From an uncultured Methylococcus sp. (GTDB lineage: Bacteria > Pseudomonadota > Gammaproteobacteria > Methylococcales > Methylococcaceae): 51,289 nt of DNA. The notes under the pieces are model-generated. The model ran no database searches. It had not been told where the DNA came from and saw only the letters and a program-made list of their open reading frames with translations. Positions 48,402 to 51,289 of the stretch are shown in pieces. Within the stretch, counting starts at the first letter, position 1. Each line of letters begins with the position of its first letter. The stretch is taken from contig CAYFNI010000001.1 of assembly GCA_964344495.1 (NCBI GenBank), forward strand, positions 1-51,289. The letters are read 5' to 3'. The translations under genes and the position numbers were made by a program.

Positions 48402-48639
48402 CTGACAGCGCACGCAGGGAGGAGAAAATGTGTGTGATGTCCGGATCGTCGGACTTCAACTGGAAGCCATAGGTCTTGGAAATCACGACCGACAGTTCCA
48501 GCAGGTCAATGGAATCCAGCCCCAGCCCCTCCTGATACAGCGGCTGTTGCGGGTCAATGGAGTCCGCAGGCACCTCAAGATTCAGGGTTTCGACCATCAG
48601 CAGTGCCAATTCGGCCTCGAAAGAACTCTGTACTGTCAT
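48373..48639 (-). CDS. Acyl carrier protein
   Basis: 88 aa. LGLDSIDLLELSVVI carries the phosphopantetheine-Ser (DSxD/L) motif. Confidence 0.85.
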   Translation of the reverse strand: MTVQSSFEAELALLMVETLNLEVPADSIDPQQPLYQEGLGLDSIDLLELSVVISKTYGFQLKSDDPDITHIFSSLRALSDAVTTRRTT

Positions 48640-48686
48640 GCGGGGTGGGTTAGGTAATCGGTGTAACGCTTAAAACGCTTATTACA

Positions 48687-49730
48687 TCAGGATTTGCCCG
48701 GCAATGCCCGCAGATCAATGACCCCTTCAATTTCCAGCAGCAGGGCAGAGCGGCAAATATCGCCTTTAAGAATCAGGAGCGGACTGGCCGGATCAAGGCG
48801 GGTTCTGAGCCGCATCAGTACGTGGGGCAGATGCTCCGGATGGCGGATGAATAACTTCCAGCTGGCCTGCTCGCCGAGAGCCGCCAGATCGGTCTGAGTG
48901 ACCTGATGCAACAGGGCCTGCAGGTTGTCGAGGGTTGTAACGGCCTGCAGGGCCGGGTCGCTGGGGTGAATTGTCTCATGCCCGACAATGCTGGCGGTGC
49001 CGGATATGAACAACAGATCCTGGCGGTCAGTCGTATACCGTACTGCACGACTGAAAGCCGGGCTGCTCGGACCATAGGCGGGCGGATAGCGGAAGGCGCT
49101 GGTTTGACGCGGGTTTTCGATCTGCTGCACGCGTCCGGTGCCGGCCAGAAACAGCAGCCACAGATCACCGCCCGCCGTGCCGACAGCACTGGCCGCCGGC
49201 AGATCGTCCGCCAGTCGAAAACCACCTGCGCTGAGCGCCTCGTGCCGCCCCTGGCAGAACTGCTTGTAGCGCTCCAGACCGCTCGAGTCCTGATTGATTT
49301 CCGGAAAGTAATGCCAGATGCGGATCAGGTGCCCGGCATGCATTTTATGGATCAGGTTCAAGATGGCGCGATAACCGTCCTGTGTCGATTGCCGCAGCGG
49401 GCCAGGATCGGCGCGCATGACCCCGAACATGACGTCGCCACTGTGTGCATAGCGAATCCCAAGGTCCTCGCCATGCAACAGGGGGGTGTCGGTCATCCAG
49501 ATTTCGCGGCCGCAGGACCCTCCCAGATGTTCCATGAGTATTTGGGCGAATGGCAGGTCGGCGGGTAAGGAATCTGCAGCCCGCTCCAGACCATGGTCGA
49601 CCACACCCAGGGCCGAATGCAGTCCGCTTGCCTGAGCAGCAGGCGCCAGTGCCTCATAGCGCGGCCGCAAGAGTGACGGCTTCGCCTGGGGATGGGGAGG
49701 GGACGCAACGGCCAGCATCAGCGGTACCAT
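48687..49730 (-). CDS. xanB2: FkbO/Hyg5/XanB2-family chorismatase (hydroxybenzoate-forming)
   Basis: 347 aa. HLIRIWHYFPEINQDS...ERYKQFCQGRHEAL and the C-terminal RidA/YjgF-like LFISGTASIVGHETIHPSDPALQAVTTLDNL match the family as I recall it. Confidence 0.65.
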   Translation of the reverse strand: MVPLMLAVASPPHPQAKPSLLRPRYEALAPAAQASGLHSALGVVDHGLERAADSLPADLPFAQILMEHLGGSCGREIWMTDTPLLHGEDLGIRYAHSGDVMFGVMRADPGPLRQSTQDGYRAILNLIHKMHAGHLIRIWHYFPEINQDSSGLERYKQFCQGRHEALSAGGFRLADDLPAASAVGTAGGDLWLLFLAGTGRVQQIENPRQTSAFRYPPAYGPSSPAFSRAVRYTTDRQDLLFISGTASIVGHETIHPSDPALQAVTTLDNLQALLHQVTQTDLAALGEQASWKLFIRHPEHLPHVLMRLRTRLDPASPLLILKGDICRSALLLEIEGVIDLRALPGKS

Positions 49731-49749
49731 GGATCTTAGGCTATCGGAT

Positions 49750-51033
49750 CTAGCGGGTAATGGCCGGCACCAGCCCCCAGCGGATCAGCAGGCTTTTGAC
49801 ATGGTAGATCAGACGAAAAGCCGTCAACGGCACACGCAGTGGAGTGCCTCTGAACAGATCGCCTGCCAGTACCGATGTGACACCCTCTCGTACCCGGAAA
49901 ATGTTCTCGGGATTCATGAACAGATCGCGAACGGCCGGCGTCGTGACCCGGTAGATGAACCATGAGAATGTTTTGAGACCCTTGCGGATCTGGCGCTCAA
50001 AGGCCGCCAGATGCCGGCGGGTCTGGGCGGGGTTACGGAGACTGCCATCCACGGCATCTGCAGCCAGAAAAGCGCTGTTCAGGGCCAGATGGACCCCGCT
50101 GGAAAAAACCGGATCAATGAAGGCAAAGGCATCGCCGGCCAGCAGGAAATTGTCGCCGGTCATGCGGGTCGATTGGTAGGAGTAATTGCCGGTTGCCGTC
50201 ACTGGGCTTGAAAGCTGTGCCTGGGCCAGTCGCTTGGAGACACCGGGACACTGAGCGATCGTATCGAACAGGAATTGCTCCACGCTGACGGTACGATTTT
50301 TCAGATACTCCGGCTTGCACACGGCACCTACGCTCATGGTGCCGTCCTTGAGTGGAATCATCCAGAACCAGCCATGATCGAACCAGTAAATGCAGATGTT
50401 GCCCTCAGCGGCTCCGACATCACGCTCGGCCCCGACAAAATGGGCGTAGAGTGCCGCGCTCCGGTGCCGGGGGTTACGCGCCTTGGTGCCGAGGCTATTG
50501 GCCAGGAGCGTGTCCCTCCCGGTCGCGTCAATGTAGAAACGGGCTTGCCAGGTGTGTCTGGCGCCGTCATCGGACTGCGCCGTCACGGCGCGGATCAGCT
50601 GACCATCGAGTTCGACGGCATCCACCCGCCAGCCCTCGAGAATGTCGGCCCCCTGTTTGCGAGCGTTCTGGATCAGCAGGTGGTCGAACTCCGAGCGCCG
50701 GACCTCGTAGGCGTAGGGGTAGTCGCGCTGGAGCGAATCCCCGAAGGCAAAGGTGGTGCTTTTGCCGTGATAGACGGAATGGAATTCGGCGGCATATTTG
50801 CGCAGACCAATCGCATCAAGCTCTTCCGCGAGGCCCAGTTGCTCGATATAGGGCATGCTGAGCGGGAGAAGGCTCTCGCCAATGTGGAAGCGTGGATGAT
50901 GATCCTTTTCCAGTACCACCGTATGCCAGCCGCGTTGTGCCAATAAGGTTGCGGCCGAGGAGCCTGCAGGCCCGCCGCCCATGATCAGGACATCACAATG
51001 GCGAATGGGGGCGGATGTTCTGATTTCCGACAT
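49750..51033 (-). CDS. Flavin-dependent halogenase-like FAD monooxygenase
   Basis: ORF 49750..51075 is trimmed to ATG 51033. Motifs: DVLIMGGGPAGSSAA (GxGxxG) and GWFWMIPL (WxWxIP halogenase signature, plus coordinates about 50350-50373). Confidence 0.7.
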   Translation of the reverse strand: MSEIRTSAPIRHCDVLIMGGGPAGSSAATLLAQRGWHTVVLEKDHHPRFHIGESLLPLSMPYIEQLGLAEELDAIGLRKYAAEFHSVYHGKSTTFAFGDSLQRDYPYAYEVRRSEFDHLLIQNARKQGADILEGWRVDAVELDGQLIRAVTAQSDDGARHTWQARFYIDATGRDTLLANSLGTKARNPRHRSAALYAHFVGAERDVGAAEGNICIYWFDHGWFWMIPLKDGTMSVGAVCKPEYLKNRTVSVEQFLFDTIAQCPGVSKRLAQAQLSSPVTATGNYSYQSTRMTGDNFLLAGDAFAFIDPVFSSGVHLALNSAFLAADAVDGSLRNPAQTRRHLAAFERQIRKGLKTFSWFIYRVTTPAVRDLFMNPENIFRVREGVTSVLAGDLFRGTPLRVPLTAFRLIYHVKSLLIRWGLVPAITR

Positions 51034-51289
51034 GCTGGCGAAAAGGTGGATGGTCAGTGACAGGCTTGGGGTCACTGCGTGACCCGCCGAGGATGGCCCC
51101 GGAGTGCGGGTCGAAGTATAACAAAGCCCCGCAAGCTGGCATCAGGTTTGATTGCAGTGCCCCTGAGTCGACCAGGCCTAAGGGGGTTATCCTGCCCCAG
51201 ACACACAAGAAGTTGCGTGAACCGCAGCCATCACACTTTCAGGTGGGGCTCTCGCTCTAGCGTCCTCTTTACGGTATCCGCCTTTCGGG

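Larger units (their letters stand above)
37841..51033. other. Xanthomonadin-like / aryl-polyene (type II FAS/PKS-like) biosynthetic gene cluster with export module
   Basis: The minus-strand run from 51033 to 39119 is co-directional. Eleven of its twelve junctions are overlaps or gaps of 25 nt or less (the other is 47 nt), and several are 4-nt ATGA/GTGA overlaps. It contains a halogenase, a chorismatase, an ACP, a membrane protein, a DH, an acyltransferase, a LolA-like protein, an MMPL, a KS, a CLF, a DH, a KR and an antiporter. A convergent AMP-ligase gene lies on the plus strand. Confidence 0.7.

Overview
This is a 51.3-kb window from a GC-rich proteobacterial chromosome. Hand-counted lines give about 65% G+C in the core. 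Gene content and synteny look beta/gamma-proteobacterial, which is inference only. I call about 52 protein-coding genes and recognise no rRNA, tRNA, CRISPR array, IS element or integrase. From left to right: (1) A low-GC gene for a secreted Ser/Thr/Asn-rich protein runs off the left edge on the minus strand. The supplied ORF track does not list it. It is followed by about 630 nt of gene-free sequence. (2) A housekeeping block follows: a UbiH-family hydroxylase, a glycine-zipper lipoprotein, an acyl-CoA ligase, bepA, tusDCB/dsrEFH plus a two-cysteine DsrC/TusE protein, ilvIH-ilvC-pssA-leuA, a family-4 UDG, rimI, a tightly coupled hldE-dnaB-alr run on the minus strand, a Tim44-like protein, hemJ and a zinc-ribbon protein. 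(3) pepN is followed by a translationally coupled four-gene vWA/TPR operon resembling MxaA/C/K/L or Bat modules, but with no MoxR ATPase or DUF58 partner nearby. (4) A 1224-aa single-polypeptide flavo-iron-sulfur oxidoreductase joins a GltD/NfnB/SudA-like half to a PyrK/NfnA/SudB-like half behind an unassigned N-terminal domain of about 300 aa. (5) Next come a small, apparently highly expressed secreted helical protein, gshA, a DUF2782-like gene and moeB. (6) A rubredoxin / PanE-like / AMP-ligase operon converges on a co-directional minus-strand gene run of about 12 kb (51033 to 39119). Eleven of the twelve junctions in that run are overlaps or gaps of 25 nt or less. It encodes a flavin halogenase, an XanB2-type chorismatase, an ACP, KS plus CLF, two hotdog dehydratases, FabG, an acyltransferase, a LolA-like protein and an MMPL exporter. 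This is a xanthomonadin-like (halogenated) aryl-polyene cluster, and it ends in a CPA2 antiporter. All product calls rest on motifs I could read in the translations. No database search was possible, so novelty claims are untested hypotheses.
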